From positions 39,056 to 103,055 of the forward strand of contig JBBDTI010000031.1 in NCBI GenBank assembly GCA_040904565.1: a DNA stretch of 64,000 bases, in the 5' to 3' direction. Positions within the stretch are counted from its first letter, which is position 1, and every line of letters begins with the position of its first letter. The stretch comes from Rhodothermales bacterium (GTDB lineage: Bacteria > Bacteroidota > Rhodothermia > Rhodothermales > VXPQ01). Shown here piece after piece: positions 17,535 to 27,581 of this stretch. Position numbers and translations under genes: made by a program. Under the pieces are notes generated by a model. It saw only the letters and a program-made list of their open reading frames with translations. It searched no databases and was not told where the DNA came from.

Positions 17535-18896
17535 TCACCACGGCAAACTCGAGGTCGGGCGGCCTACCACCCCCTCCATTTCGCGGAATTCCTCGGCATA
17601 CCGTTTCACCTCGTCACGTTCGATCACACCCCGTTCGGTCGCGTACGCGTCGATGAGGTCTGCCGGCACGCGTTCGAAGATCTCGGTTCTAACATCTACG
17701 CGGTCCGACACAAGCCCGACGCTGGAACGATCCGCTCGTTCTTGCTCGGCAGCGACATCTCCGAACCGGCCGTCAAGTTCTCGCTTTACGGCGACGTCCT
17801 CGGAGCGGTCGTCACGTTCTTGCTTCTCGGACGCCTCCCCGGAGCGATCCGATTCATTCGTCGCGAGCAGCTTGTCGAGGGCAACCGCTACATAGACAGG
17901 CACGCCCCGACCGCGTGCGACGAGTGCGGCCAGGCGTGAGCCTACCTTGTTGACGATCGATCCATCGGGGAGCAGGGTATCGCACCCCAGCAGCACGGCA
18001 TCGAAGGGCGGTGCCGAAGCCATGGACGCGTCGGGGATGAGCGTCACGTCGAGCCGTGCCCGATCGAGCCGTCGCGCTACCTCCACACCTTCGCCACCCG
18101 GAAGCGAGACGGCCACGACGACGCGTGCCCGCGTCGACAGGAGTGCATCCAGCACCGTTCCCGAACGGGAGACCGTAAGCACCGTTGCGCCGCCGATGAA
18201 CTCGGCTGCCGCACTCGATGCAGCGTGGTCGGACGAAACGGCTTCCCGAAGCACGGTATGAATACACGCGGCCCGTTCGCCGCCGTCCGGCATCGACGTC
18301 AGGCACCGACGCATCGCACGGTTGATCCGGTTCCGGACGGCTGCCATGGACGGACGAGCAGCGACCAGTTCCTTCGCGAGCGCTCTAATATGAGTCCGGG
18401 AGGAGGCCTCGGCCGCGCGATCGCGGAGAACTTCGAGCGCCCGCAACGACAGGTAGGCCGAACCGTGTTCACGATCCGTTCGCACGTCAGCTACCGACGG
18501 CGCGACGGCCCGGTACGACCGCCACAGCTCCGGAACGGTCGCCCGCTGCAGTATGTCGGGCGGGGCCGCCCATTCCCCCTCGGTCGACTCTTCATTGAGC
18601 GCGGGCTGTCGCCGGCGCCCGTCGAAGAGGTACGGATGCACCGTCCACGCGATGCCGAGTTCTTTGTCTTCGACGGAGAAGGGGTTGCCGCGTCGGACGA
18701 GTTCCACGTCGGTGAACCCCGTTTCCTCTTCGATCTCGCGACGAGCCGCTTCGTCCGGGTCGCCTTCGGCATGCCCGGCTACGGCTCCCCACCTTCCGGG
18801 ATAGGACCCCACCTCGCTGCTGCGTCGCAGCAGCAGGACCTCGGCCTCGGCTCGAACGAAGCACGTTACGACGTGCCTGACTTCAAGATCGACCAT
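17535..18896 (-). CDS. NUDIX hydrolase / eIF-2B-like (IF-2B, MtnA/R15Pi superfamily) fusion
   Basis: Nudix box AARREIEEETG; then DREHGS, ARPSMAA, TVSRSGTV, LGCD, VNKVGS, FERVP...ATERG. Confidence 0.85.
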   Translation of the reverse strand: MVDLEVRHVVTCFVRAEAEVLLLRRSSEVGSYPGRWGAVAGHAEGDPDEAARREIEEETGFTDVELVRRGNPFSVEDKELGIAWTVHPYLFDGRRRQPALNEESTEGEWAAPPDILQRATVPELWRSYRAVAPSVADVRTDREHGSAYLSLRALEVLRDRAAEASSRTHIRALAKELVAARPSMAAVRNRINRAMRRCLTSMPDGGERAACIHTVLREAVSSDHAASSAAAEFIGGATVLTVSRSGTVLDALLSTRARVVVAVSLPGGEGVEVARRLDRARLDVTLIPDASMASAPPFDAVLLGCDTLLPDGSIVNKVGSRLAALVARGRGVPVYVAVALDKLLATNESDRSGEASEKQERDDRSEDVAVKRELDGRFGDVAAEQERADRSSVGLVSDRVDVRTEIFERVPADLIDAYATERGVIERDEVKRYAEEFREMEGVVGRPTSSLPW

Positions 18897-18901
18897 ATGC
18901 T

Positions 18902-19777
18902 TCAGGCGTCGATGAAGTGTTCCAGTCGTTTTACCTCATCCTGCGACAGCGTCACGTCGGCCGCCTTCGCCGAATCCGCAATGCTCTCAGGCCGCGACGC
19001 GCCTGGGATGGGGAGGACGACGGGAGATTTCGCTCGCAGCCACGCGAGCGCGATACAGTGTGGGGAACGTTCCCGCGCCTGGGCCATCTCGACGAGCACG
19101 TCGTGCTCGCCGACCCGCTTGGCACGCCGTCGTCCACCGACGGGTCCCCAGGGCAGGAACGTGAGTCCCTCTCGGTCACAGTACTCCAACGTGCCGTCCT
19201 CGAGCGGCTTTCGGTGCCAGAGTGAGAACTGGTTCTGGACGGATACGACGCGGATCACGTTACGAGCACGCTCGATTTCCTCGACGGAGTAGTTCGATAC
19301 GCCCACATGCCGGATCAATCCCTCATCGACGGCTTCGCGCACCGGTGCCAGGGAGGCCTCGATGGATACGTCCGGATCCGGTGCGTGATGCTGCCACAGC
19401 TGGATGGGTTTGCCGCCCAGTGCCTCGACGCTCTCGCGGATGGTGCGCCGAAGGTGATCCGGATCACCGTTTCGCGGCCATCCGCCCTCGTGGCGCATCA
19501 GTCCGCCTTTCGTCGCGACGACGACACCGGATCGATCGCCTTCGTACGCCTCTAGGGCTTCCCGAATAAGCCGTTCGTTATGGTGCTTGTCTGGTTCATC
19601 CAGACAGTACGAGTCGGCCGTATCGATGAATGTAATGCCGCTGTCGAGGGCACGATGCACGACAGAGAGGGCCTGATCGCGCGGCGGCCGTCCATCGATC
19701 GAGAGGTGCATCCCGCCGAAGCCGATGACACTGACCTCAAGATCCGTATCGCCGATCGTCGTGGTGGGCAGTTTCAT
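18902..19777 (-). CDS. Aldo/keto reductase
   Basis: IDTADSY, VATKGG, GVSN, SVQN, PIPGAS. Confidence 0.92.
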   Translation of the reverse strand: MKLPTTTIGDTDLEVSVIGFGGMHLSIDGRPPRDQALSVVHRALDSGITFIDTADSYCLDEPDKHHNERLIREALEAYEGDRSGVVVATKGGLMRHEGGWPRNGDPDHLRRTIRESVEALGGKPIQLWQHHAPDPDVSIEASLAPVREAVDEGLIRHVGVSNYSVEEIERARNVIRVVSVQNQFSLWHRKPLEDGTLEYCDREGLTFLPWGPVGGRRRAKRVGEHDVLVEMAQARERSPHCIALAWLRAKSPVVLPIPGASRPESIADSAKAADVTLSQDEVKRLEHFIDA

Positions 19778-19876
19778 GGTGGGCGTCGTCTCGTTGTTTC
19801 GGTTCTCCCGCGGATTTGGTCGTCTCGCCGTATTGGTCGTTTCGAACGTCCGGCCTCTACTTCTTCAAAACGTCGA

Positions 19877-20758
19877 CTACAGCGCAACGTTCAGCTTCTT
19901 CCCCAGAAGCAGATGCGCCAGGGCATACAGCTCCAGTCCGAATGGAGGATACCCCAGGTATCCCAGGAGGGGCATCTCAAAGAAGTACAGGAATTCGACG
20001 CCGGGCGTACGATACGTCCATCGCGGGAAGGAGTACATATTCCAGAGCTCCCAGAAGAAGCCGCAGATGAGGGCGCCGAGCGCGAGGGACAGGGCGGGGC
20101 GCCAGTCGCAGCGGTCCAGCGCATCGAAGAGGGAAGGTTGCCCCGTCCACAGGTTAGCGGCCTCGATCAATCCGAAAAGCATCCCCCAGATAAATGGATA
20201 GAAGCCGTCCGGATACATGTAGATAAGCAGGGCCGCAGCGACGCCGGCCGAAAAGGAGGCGGCCGCCGTATGACGGCTGGCTGGTATCCGCGGGCCCGTT
20301 CGACGTTCATCCACCCACCGAAAGGAACGGACGAGTTCAGCCGTTTCAAACACGGCCGGCATCACCGTCGAAAAGGCTACCGTACAAAGTATGGCATATT
20401 CCAGGTCGGAAAACAGCTCGGCGCCGACGTACGTCCAGTTCTGCGTGTGGAGATTGATCATCTCGAAGAGCCACCAGGCCGGTGCCGATGCGACGAACAG
20501 GGCGACGAAACCCCTGCGCGAGCGCGACAGGATGGACGCTCCTCGTCGCAGGTGGACGAGCCCGTCGACGGCAAGGATGTAGCCGAGCCACAGCGGGAAG
20601 AAGAAGACGTGGGTACGCGGTCCGTCGACCGTCCAGTTCAGCGCCCAGAACGCCAGGACCAGGGCCGCGCCGGCCCAGCCGTGAACGGGAAACCGGTGCT
20701 CGGCGACGCGTTGGGGGTCCGGAGCAGAAGACACGGGTCTATTCGATCCGTTTCTCAA
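19877..20758 (-). CDS. Conserved integral membrane protein of unknown function
   Basis: About 8 hydrophobic segments with repeated W.FE..N....W.Y motif and FEMPLLGYLGYPPF; overlaps upstream gene by 20 nt. Confidence 0.75.
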   Translation of the reverse strand: MRNGSNRPVSSAPDPQRVAEHRFPVHGWAGAALVLAFWALNWTVDGPRTHVFFFPLWLGYILAVDGLVHLRRGASILSRSRRGFVALFVASAPAWWLFEMINLHTQNWTYVGAELFSDLEYAILCTVAFSTVMPAVFETAELVRSFRWVDERRTGPRIPASRHTAAASFSAGVAAALLIYMYPDGFYPFIWGMLFGLIEAANLWTGQPSLFDALDRCDWRPALSLALGALICGFFWELWNMYSFPRWTYRTPGVEFLYFFEMPLLGYLGYPPFGLELYALAHLLLGKKLNVAL

Positions 20759-21878
20759 ACATCGCGTATTCCTTGTCTACGACGCCCCCGAACGATTCGA
20801 GCGCGTTGCGGAGCCGCTTGTTGCTGTCGAGCACCCAGCTCATCTCGCTTGCATCGTAGCCGTTCCGGGGGCCTTCCTGAATGACGGCCAGATTGAGGAC
20901 GGCATCCAGCCCGCGGCCCTGGTATTCGCGGAGCACGCCCATGAGCGGCGTCCGGCACTCGTAGAGTCCACCCCACTTCGCATAGGCAAGCATCTTCGGC
21001 AGCCCGAACGGCAGCAGGCGACCGTCGTCGACGTGCCGGAGCAGCTGGTTTATGTTTGGGAGGGAGATCGAGAAGGCGACGGGCCGTCCCGCATCCTCCA
21101 GGATAAAGACGATGTTCGGGTCGACGATCTGCTTCATCTCGCCGGCGAGCTGCCCGAATTCGCCTTCCGTCATCGGAACGTGCCCCCAATTGTTCGACCA
21201 GGCGTCGTTGTAGATGTGGAGAATGGTCCTGGCTTCTTCCTCGAACCGGTCCATATCGATCGTCCGAACGCGGATGCCCGGGTTGCGCTGCTTGACGATT
21301 TCCACGCCGCGTTCCAGCCTCTCCGTCGACGCGTACTTCTTGTGGATGTAATACGCCCACATCGTCATGGCGCGTTCGAATCCGTGGCGCTCCAGGAAGG
21401 CCTCGTAATACGGCGCGTTGTAGGGCATGAGCACGGACGGTTCGCGATCGAATCCACCTACGAGGAGTCCGGCCGTGTCGTTTAGAGACGGGTTCGCGGG
21501 GCCTCGTACCCCGGTGAGGCCTTCGCTCCTGAGGCGCTCGATGGCCGCGTCGAGGAGCGCTTCCGCTACGGCATAGTCGTCGATGGTTTCGAAAAAACCG
21601 AAGAAACCGTTACCATCGTCGTATTTCTGCAGGTGCATGCCGTTGACGACGGCAGCGATGCGGCCCACCACGCGACCGCTCGCATCTTCGGCAAGCATCG
21701 AGTGGATGGCGCTGTGTTCGAAAAAGGCGTTCTTCCTGGGATTCAAGACACGGCGCACGTCACGCCGGAGGGGTGCGACCCAGGCGGGATAGTCGCGGTA
21801 GAGATCATACTGGAAATCAATGAACCGCTTAAGGTCTTTCTTCGAGGAGACCGGGCGGACCGTTACGCGTGTCGACAT
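20739..21878 (-). CDS. YghO-like GNAT protein, candidate bacterial ceramide synthase (bCerS)
   Basis: GRIAA, GFFGFFE, MPYN.PYY, YNDAW..NWGHVP, EMSWVL..N; ~380 aa; adjacent to Spt-like gene. Confidence 0.75.
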   Translation of the reverse strand: MSTRVTVRPVSSKKDLKRFIDFQYDLYRDYPAWVAPLRRDVRRVLNPRKNAFFEHSAIHSMLAEDASGRVVGRIAAVVNGMHLQKYDDGNGFFGFFETIDDYAVAEALLDAAIERLRSEGLTGVRGPANPSLNDTAGLLVGGFDREPSVLMPYNAPYYEAFLERHGFERAMTMWAYYIHKKYASTERLERGVEIVKQRNPGIRVRTIDMDRFEEEARTILHIYNDAWSNNWGHVPMTEGEFGQLAGEMKQIVDPNIVFILEDAGRPVAFSISLPNINQLLRHVDDGRLLPFGLPKMLAYAKWGGLYECRTPLMGVLREYQGRGLDAVLNLAVIQEGPRNGYDASEMSWVLDSNKRLRNALESFGGVVDKEYAMFEKRIE

Positions 21879-21991
21879 GAATGGCAGATCGGTGAGCGAT
21901 GTGAAGCGCGTCCCGAAATGAAGACGCGCCCTATGAAGATAGGAAGGGACGTACAGCGGGTCGAGGAAGCCGATCGCGATGGGCGTCCTGT

Positions 21992-23284
21992 CTAGACGGC
22001 CCCGTTATTACTGATGATTCCGTGCTTGCGGCCTACGCGTTTGAATGCCTCAAGGATGAAGTCGAGCTCGTCGTTCGTGTGCGTCGCCATATAGGAGGTG
22101 CGCATCAGGGACTGACCCTGCGGCACGGCCGGTGGAACGACGGCGTTGACGAATACACCCTCTTCCAGGAGGTCGCGCCAGAATTTGAAGCACGTCATCA
22201 TGTCACCGATGACCACCGGAATGATCGGCGTCTGGCTCGTCCACACATTGAATCCCAGGTCACGAAAGCCCTCACGCATATAGTCTGAGATCTCCCAGAG
22301 CCTGTCGAGTCGTTCCGGCTCACTTTCCAGGATATCGAGACACTTGATGACCGTCGCCACGTTAGCGGGCGGCATGGAGGCGCTGAAGACGTGTGTAGAG
22401 CTGCGATGCCGGATGAACTCGATCACGTCCCGATCGCCGACGCAGAATCCTCCCAGTGAGGCGAAGCTCTTGGAGAACGTGCCCGTCACGAGATGCACGT
22501 GATCGTCGAGGTCGTGATAGGCCGCCGACCCACGGCCCCCGGGCCCGATGACGCCGCATGCATGGGCATCGTCGAGCATCAGCGCGGCACCGAACTCTTC
22601 GGCCAGCCCCACGAGTTCGGGTACCTTCGCGATAACCCCGCTCATCGAGAACACGCCGTCGGTGACGATGAGCTTTCCGGCATCCGGGCGATCGTCGTGC
22701 ACCTTTTTCATCTGGTGGCGCAGATGGTTCATGTCGTTGTGCCGGTAGCGCAGCGTTTCCGCGTGGCTGACCTGCGTTCCCGCCACGATACATGCGTGGT
22801 TGTCCTTGTCGGAAAAGATGAAGTCCCCCTTGCCGGTTACGGCCTGAATGACGCCCTCGTTCGTCATGTATCCTGTCGAAAACAGGACGCAGGCGTCGCG
22901 GCCCATGAAGGCGGCCAAACGCTCTTCGAGTTCGATGTGGAGGTCCAGTGTGCCGTTCAAGAACCGGCTTCCCGTGCAGCCCGTGCCGTACTGTTTGATC
23001 GCCTTTGCGGCCGCCTCCTGGACGCGCGGGTCGGACGTCAGGCCCAGGTAGTTGTTCGATCCGGCCATGATGATTTCACGGCCGTTCATAATGGCGCGCG
23101 ATCCCTCATTTCGCTCGATCTGGCGGAAATACGGATACAGATCTGCCTTCTTGACCTGTGCGTAGTCCCCGGATTCATCGAAGAACCGGTGGCACTTATC
23201 GAAAAGTGTCGGTTCGCCTCGCAGCGTTTGAACGTCCGACGGCGGCGTGCCGTCGTCCTCCTTGTGAAAGTCAGGCGTCGTCAT
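21992..23284 (-). CDS. spt: PLP-dependent alpha-oxoamine synthase, serine palmitoyltransferase-like
   Basis: LYPYFR, GSNNYLGL, GTGCTGSRFLNGTLDLH, DGVFSM, GTFSKS (PLP Lys); resembles Bacteroidota Spt more than BioF/Kbl. Confidence 0.75.
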   Translation of the reverse strand: MTTPDFHKEDDGTPPSDVQTLRGEPTLFDKCHRFFDESGDYAQVKKADLYPYFRQIERNEGSRAIMNGREIIMAGSNNYLGLTSDPRVQEAAAKAIKQYGTGCTGSRFLNGTLDLHIELEERLAAFMGRDACVLFSTGYMTNEGVIQAVTGKGDFIFSDKDNHACIVAGTQVSHAETLRYRHNDMNHLRHQMKKVHDDRPDAGKLIVTDGVFSMSGVIAKVPELVGLAEEFGAALMLDDAHACGVIGPGGRGSAAYHDLDDHVHLVTGTFSKSFASLGGFCVGDRDVIEFIRHRSSTHVFSASMPPANVATVIKCLDILESEPERLDRLWEISDYMREGFRDLGFNVWTSQTPIIPVVIGDMMTCFKFWRDLLEEGVFVNAVVPPAVPQGQSLMRTSYMATHTNDELDFILEAFKRVGRKHGIISNNGAV

Positions 23285-23415
23285 GTTCGACTCGAGGGTG
23301 ATGCTGGGAGGGTAGCGGTGAAGGTGCGAGAAGAACAATTCTTACGAGCAAGGGCACCCTAAGTGCTGGAGACCATGCGGTTAGCAGGTATAATATGCAA
23401 TATCTTGCTCGCATC

Positions 23416-24561
23416 TTAATCGAACCTTCCTGTCGACGGCGTAACGCCGGCGGCGGAAGCGTCTCGCTTCCGTGCACGCGGCGGAGTTGATACGGCGGTG
23501 TGTCGCGAAAGGACTCCTTCGATCGCTTCGACAGCGTGATCGTTTCCGCAGGTAGCGTGGGCCTCGAGTCGTTCCTCGAAGGTGGAGTGACCGTCCAGAA
23601 AGGAGGTCACGTCCTCCTCCGTTAGCGGGCGGTCGATGACGGCCTCACCGAGACCCTCACGTTTCAGAAAGAGTGCATTGAGCGTTTGTTCGAAGATCCC
23701 GCGGTTGGGAACGACCAGCAGGGGTTTGCCCAGAAACAACGTTTCGCTCGTCAGCGTGAAGCCCGCCGTCGAGATGACGCCGCGGCTCGATGCCAGATCG
23801 CTGAGGAATTCGTCGATACACGGTTCCTTGAATCGGACGTTCGGGTAACGGTGGCCTCCGCCGGGCGGGTCGAAGTTATATGCGACGAACGGTGCGTCTA
23901 CGTTTCGCAGCGTGCGAAGCACGTGTTCGGCGCCGTCCGTGTGATTGTAGTATACAAGGATGTGTTCGCCGCGCGTCGGGACGAGGTTCTGAACCGCCGG
24001 TCGGATGATCGGAGGCACGAGCTTTACGCGATCGGGGCGGCGCAGGGGTGGATAAAAGAAAGAAGTGATGAGCGTGAGCTCTGGAGAGGGCGGGACGATC
24101 AATCGGATGACGAGTCCCGTGAGGCCGGCTCCCCATCGATACTGCCAATCGAGACGGTACCTGGTTTCCGTTACAATCTGCTGGTGATTGAACGAAACCA
24201 CGGGGACCCCGAGGCGGTCGGCCGCGCGGTGAGAGAACGCCTCGAAATCGGTGATGACCAGGTCGGGATCGACGATCGCGAACGTATCAGCGAGATCCGT
24301 CACGATCCGATCCAGATGAACGATCGAATCCCAGTTGGCATGGACGGTCTGAAAGATGCACACCTTGTTTCCCTCCATCACCTGTCTAAGTGACGGCACC
24401 TCAATGACCGCCTCATCCTTCATCGTAAGAATGTCTCGGGACGTACCGCCGCAGCAGAACACGATCTCGTGGCCGCGTGCCCGCAGCGCATCGGACACCG
24501 CCATGACGCGCGACGCATGTCCCCGACCCTGTCCACTTAAAGCGTAAATGATTCTAGCCAT
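23416..24561 (-). CDS. GT-B glycosyltransferase (MJ1255/VC2487-like)
   Basis: YALSGQGRGHASR, PDLVITDFE, ISTAGFTL.SE, FEQTLNA. Confidence 0.85.
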   Translation of the reverse strand: MARIIYALSGQGRGHASRVMAVSDALRARGHEIVFCCGGTSRDILTMKDEAVIEVPSLRQVMEGNKVCIFQTVHANWDSIVHLDRIVTDLADTFAIVDPDLVITDFEAFSHRAADRLGVPVVSFNHQQIVTETRYRLDWQYRWGAGLTGLVIRLIVPPSPELTLITSFFYPPLRRPDRVKLVPPIIRPAVQNLVPTRGEHILVYYNHTDGAEHVLRTLRNVDAPFVAYNFDPPGGGHRYPNVRFKEPCIDEFLSDLASSRGVISTAGFTLTSETLFLGKPLLVVPNRGIFEQTLNALFLKREGLGEAVIDRPLTEEDVTSFLDGHSTFEERLEAHATCGNDHAVEAIEGVLSRHTAVSTPPRARKRDASAAGVTPSTGRFD

Positions 24562-24835
24562 ATATATCCGGGGCTCTACGTGGCGGCAGGACCGTTCGAG
24601 TGCTCCTCTTCGTGTGGCGTGTCCGGATAAAAAAGAGGCGGACTGTCTTTCCAGAGATGACCCTCCAGAGACGATCCGCCATCCATACGCCAAATGTTAC
24701 GGTTTCCCAATTATAAAGGTTCGAATCCCCACCGGGCGTCCGGCTGCACTCTCGAGCAGCCGACGGGGTGTGACGCGCCCGGATGGATCATCGCATGTAT
24801 CATCGCGCGTGTGGCCGTGGGGATGATGCCGGCCG

Positions 24836-25459
24836 TCACGGCCTCAGTCGCAGGCTTGCGGCAAATCCGCCAACGGCGGGACGTACCGACAACGACAGGT
24901 CTTCACCGACGTCGAAGTCGAGGAGATGGGCGCTGACGTAGGCATCAAGTATCGAGAGCCCATAAAATAAGCCGCTGCCAATGTACAAAAGGTCACGGTT
25001 TCGCCGAAGATTGTCGCGATTCTGCCGGAAGAGTGTGCTCAGGCGACCCTGAATGCCGTCGGCATCTTCCGGCGTCAGCCCCAGGTCGGATATGAGATCC
25101 AGATAGTCGTCTTCATAGGACGTCGGCACGTCGATGGTGGCCGACTCACGGACGATCCAGAGATACGCGTGGCGATATCGCAGGTACCGATGGTTGACGA
25201 AAAGCGCCGATCCGGCGAAACCTGCCAGCCCGCCCCATACGACGGGCAACTTGTAGTACTGGTGATTGTAGAGCTGTCCCCAGCCCGGGGCCGCGGCAGC
25301 CCGCCACAGGGCACCGCGAGGGGAATGGTCGGCCGGCAGAGAGGAGTCCGCCGTGTCGCCGATCGATTCCTGCTGGGCAACCGACGATCGAACGACCAGG
25401 AATGAGGTCGCCGCGACCGCCACCACGGCGATGCGCAGGACGACGATCCGCTTCCGCAC
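24836..25459 (-). CDS. DUF5683 domain protein
   Basis: APGWGQLYN..YYKLPVVWGG, ILDAYVSAHL..FDV; directly downstream of parB; GTG start inferred. Confidence 0.85.
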   Translation of the reverse strand: MRKRIVVLRIAVVAVAATSFLVVRSSVAQQESIGDTADSSLPADHSPRGALWRAAAAPGWGQLYNHQYYKLPVVWGGLAGFAGSALFVNHRYLRYRHAYLWIVRESATIDVPTSYEDDYLDLISDLGLTPEDADGIQGRLSTLFRQNRDNLRRNRDLLYIGSGLFYGLSILDAYVSAHLLDFDVGEDLSLSVRPAVGGFAASLRLRP

Positions 25460-25461
25460 GG

Positions 25462-26385
25462 CTATTCCTCTAGGATCAGTTCGAGTAACCGTTCGAGATC
25501 TTCGTTGGAATAGTACTCGATTTCGATGTGTCCCCCGTCGCTCTTGTGTCGAATCTTGACCTGCGTACTCAAGAAATTTCGGAGTCGGGTCGTATAGTTT
25601 CTCACTTGAAGCGAATCCCTGTCCACCAATTCCCGCCCTGTAGGTTCGGTCTGTTTCGGCGGTTCGGTAGCCTCTTCCTGCGCTCGATGCCATCGGCGCA
25701 CCTTCTTTTCAACGTCTCGAACGGACAGATCCTGGTCCTCTATCTCTTCGATCAGGCGTTGCTGAACGTCTTCGTCGTCGACGTTTATCAGCGCACGGGC
25801 ATGTCCGACCGATACCATCCCGTCTCGCAGACTGGCCTGGATCCGCGCCGGGAGTTTCAGCAAGCGCAGGAAGTTGGCGATCGTGGCGCGCCCCTTTCCG
25901 ACCTTCTCCGCCACGCCTTCCTGCGTGAGGCTGCATTCGTCGATAAGCCGCTGGTATCCGAGGGCGACCTCGATAGGATTCAACTCTTCGCGCTGGATAT
26001 TTTCGACGATGGCCATCTCGAGCATTTCTTCGGAGTCGGCCTCGCGCACGTAGGCAGGAATGCGGCTTAAGCCGGCTCTGCGCGCGGCGCGGAGGCGACG
26101 TTCCCCGGAGATGATCTCGAAGCCGTCCTCTGTCGTGCGCACCGTGATGGGCTGGATTACCCCGAGCTGCTTGATGGACTCCGCCAGCTCGTCGAGAGCC
26201 GAATCGTTGAAATCCTTTCGCGGCTGGTAGGGGTTCGGCCGTACGAGAGATACGTCGACCTGAGCGACGCGACCGGCGAGGCGGTCGCGGCTGGTTCGCC
26301 GAGGCGCTTCCTGCTCGTCGTCCTCCTCGTCTGACGGAAGGATTGCGCTCAGGCCGCGTCCCAGTGCTGCTTTTTTCGATGCCAT
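25462..26385 (-). CDS. parB: Chromosome partitioning protein ParB
   Basis: ALGRGLSA, PNPYQPRK, GERRLRA, VENIQRE.LNPIE, HTH. Confidence 0.97.
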   Translation of the reverse strand: MASKKAALGRGLSAILPSDEEDDEQEAPRRTSRDRLAGRVAQVDVSLVRPNPYQPRKDFNDSALDELAESIKQLGVIQPITVRTTEDGFEIISGERRLRAARRAGLSRIPAYVREADSEEMLEMAIVENIQREELNPIEVALGYQRLIDECSLTQEGVAEKVGKGRATIANFLRLLKLPARIQASLRDGMVSVGHARALINVDDEDVQQRLIEEIEDQDLSVRDVEKKVRRWHRAQEEATEPPKQTEPTGRELVDRDSLQVRNYTTRLRNFLSTQVKIRHKSDGGHIEIEYYSNEDLERLLELILEE

Positions 26386-26406
26386 GCTCGTAGGTGTGTC
26401 TAAGGC

Positions 26407-27270
26407 CTAGTTCGTGTACCCGTTGGCGGCTTCGGATGAGCCGGAGAGGGCCGCCCCGCCGCTCGGTTCGCCGATGGGCTCCTGCGCTTCGTCGGGATCG
26501 AGAAACGACTCGCTGTTCTTGATGATCTCCCTCGCCAGCGCGATATAGTTTCGTGCCCCGACGCACGTAGCATCGTAAAGGATGACCGGCTTTCCAAAGC
26601 TGGGCGCCTCTGAGAGGCGGACGTTACGCTGAATGATCGTGTTGAAGACCTTGTCTCCAAAATAGCGGCGCACCTCCTCGGCGACCTGATTCGAAAGTCG
26701 CAGCCTGGTGTCGAACATCGTCAAGAGCACCCCCTCGATCTCGAGGTTCTTATTGAGGTGCTGCCGTACGATCTTGATCGTGTTGAGCAGCTGCCCGAGC
26801 CCCTCCAGCGCAAAATATTCCGCCTGAACGGGGATAAGCACGGAATGCGAGGCGGTCAGCGCGTTGACCGTGAGCAATCCAAGAGACGGAGGGCAGTCGA
26901 TTATGACGAAGTCATACGAGCGCCGGACACTGCGCAGCGCACGCTTGAGAATGCGTTCTCTTTCCGCCACGTCAACCATCTCGATTTCCGCTCCGACCAG
27001 GTTGATGTGGCTCGGAACGACGTCGAGAAAGTCCATTTCCGTCGACCGCACCGCGTCTTCGACGGGAATGTCGCCGATCAACACTTCATAGGTCGAATTG
27101 CCCGGCGTCTTGTGTTCGATCCCAATGCCTGAGGTGGCGTTCGCCTGGGGGTCGACGTCAATAAGAAGAGTCGGGTGCTCCGTCGCAGCCAGCGATGCCG
27201 CGAGGTTAATCGACGTCGTCGTCTTACCTACGCCGCCTTTCTGGTTGGCGACCGAAATGACTTTTCCCAT
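26407..27270 (-). CDS. parA: Chromosome partitioning ATPase ParA/Soj
   Basis: [43 protein letters not shown]. Confidence 0.97.
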   Translation of the reverse strand: MGKVISVANQKGGVGKTTTSINLAASLAATEHPTLLIDVDPQANATSGIGIEHKTPGNSTYEVLIGDIPVEDAVRSTEMDFLDVVPSHINLVGAEIEMVDVAERERILKRALRSVRRSYDFVIIDCPPSLGLLTVNALTASHSVLIPVQAEYFALEGLGQLLNTIKIVRQHLNKNLEIEGVLLTMFDTRLRLSNQVAEEVRRYFGDKVFNTIIQRNVRLSEAPSFGKPVILYDATCVGARNYIALAREIIKNSESFLDPDEAQEPIGEPSGGAALSGSSEAANGYTN

Positions 27271-27429
27271 TGACTACCTGAGTTACTGACGTGACGTCCA
27301 GCTTCATGCGTTGATTTGGCCGGTCTGTTCTCGAGCGCCCAATCTATGAAGATTCGCGCTCCCAAACCAGTTGGGATAGGGGTCCGCACCTTCCTATCCT
27401 CTAATTCATTCGTGGTTTCATCGTTTATG

Positions 27430-27442
27430 CAAGTTATTGATT
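27430..27442 (-). promoter_or_regulatory. IHF-consensus site in AT-rich parA/helicase divergent spacer
   Basis: Minus strand AATCAATAACTTG matches WATCAANNNNTTR exactly. Confidence 0.45.
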
Positions 27443-27581
27443 ATAATGATCTTGTATAAAATTGGATCTTCCGTATGTCTGAGCGATAGGGTTGACGCGG
27501 TAGCGGCGCGGCGTTTATTACGTGGTGTCGTTTGCGTACTCTGTGAGCGTCTCTACGAATCCATTTCTCTCATCGTACATC

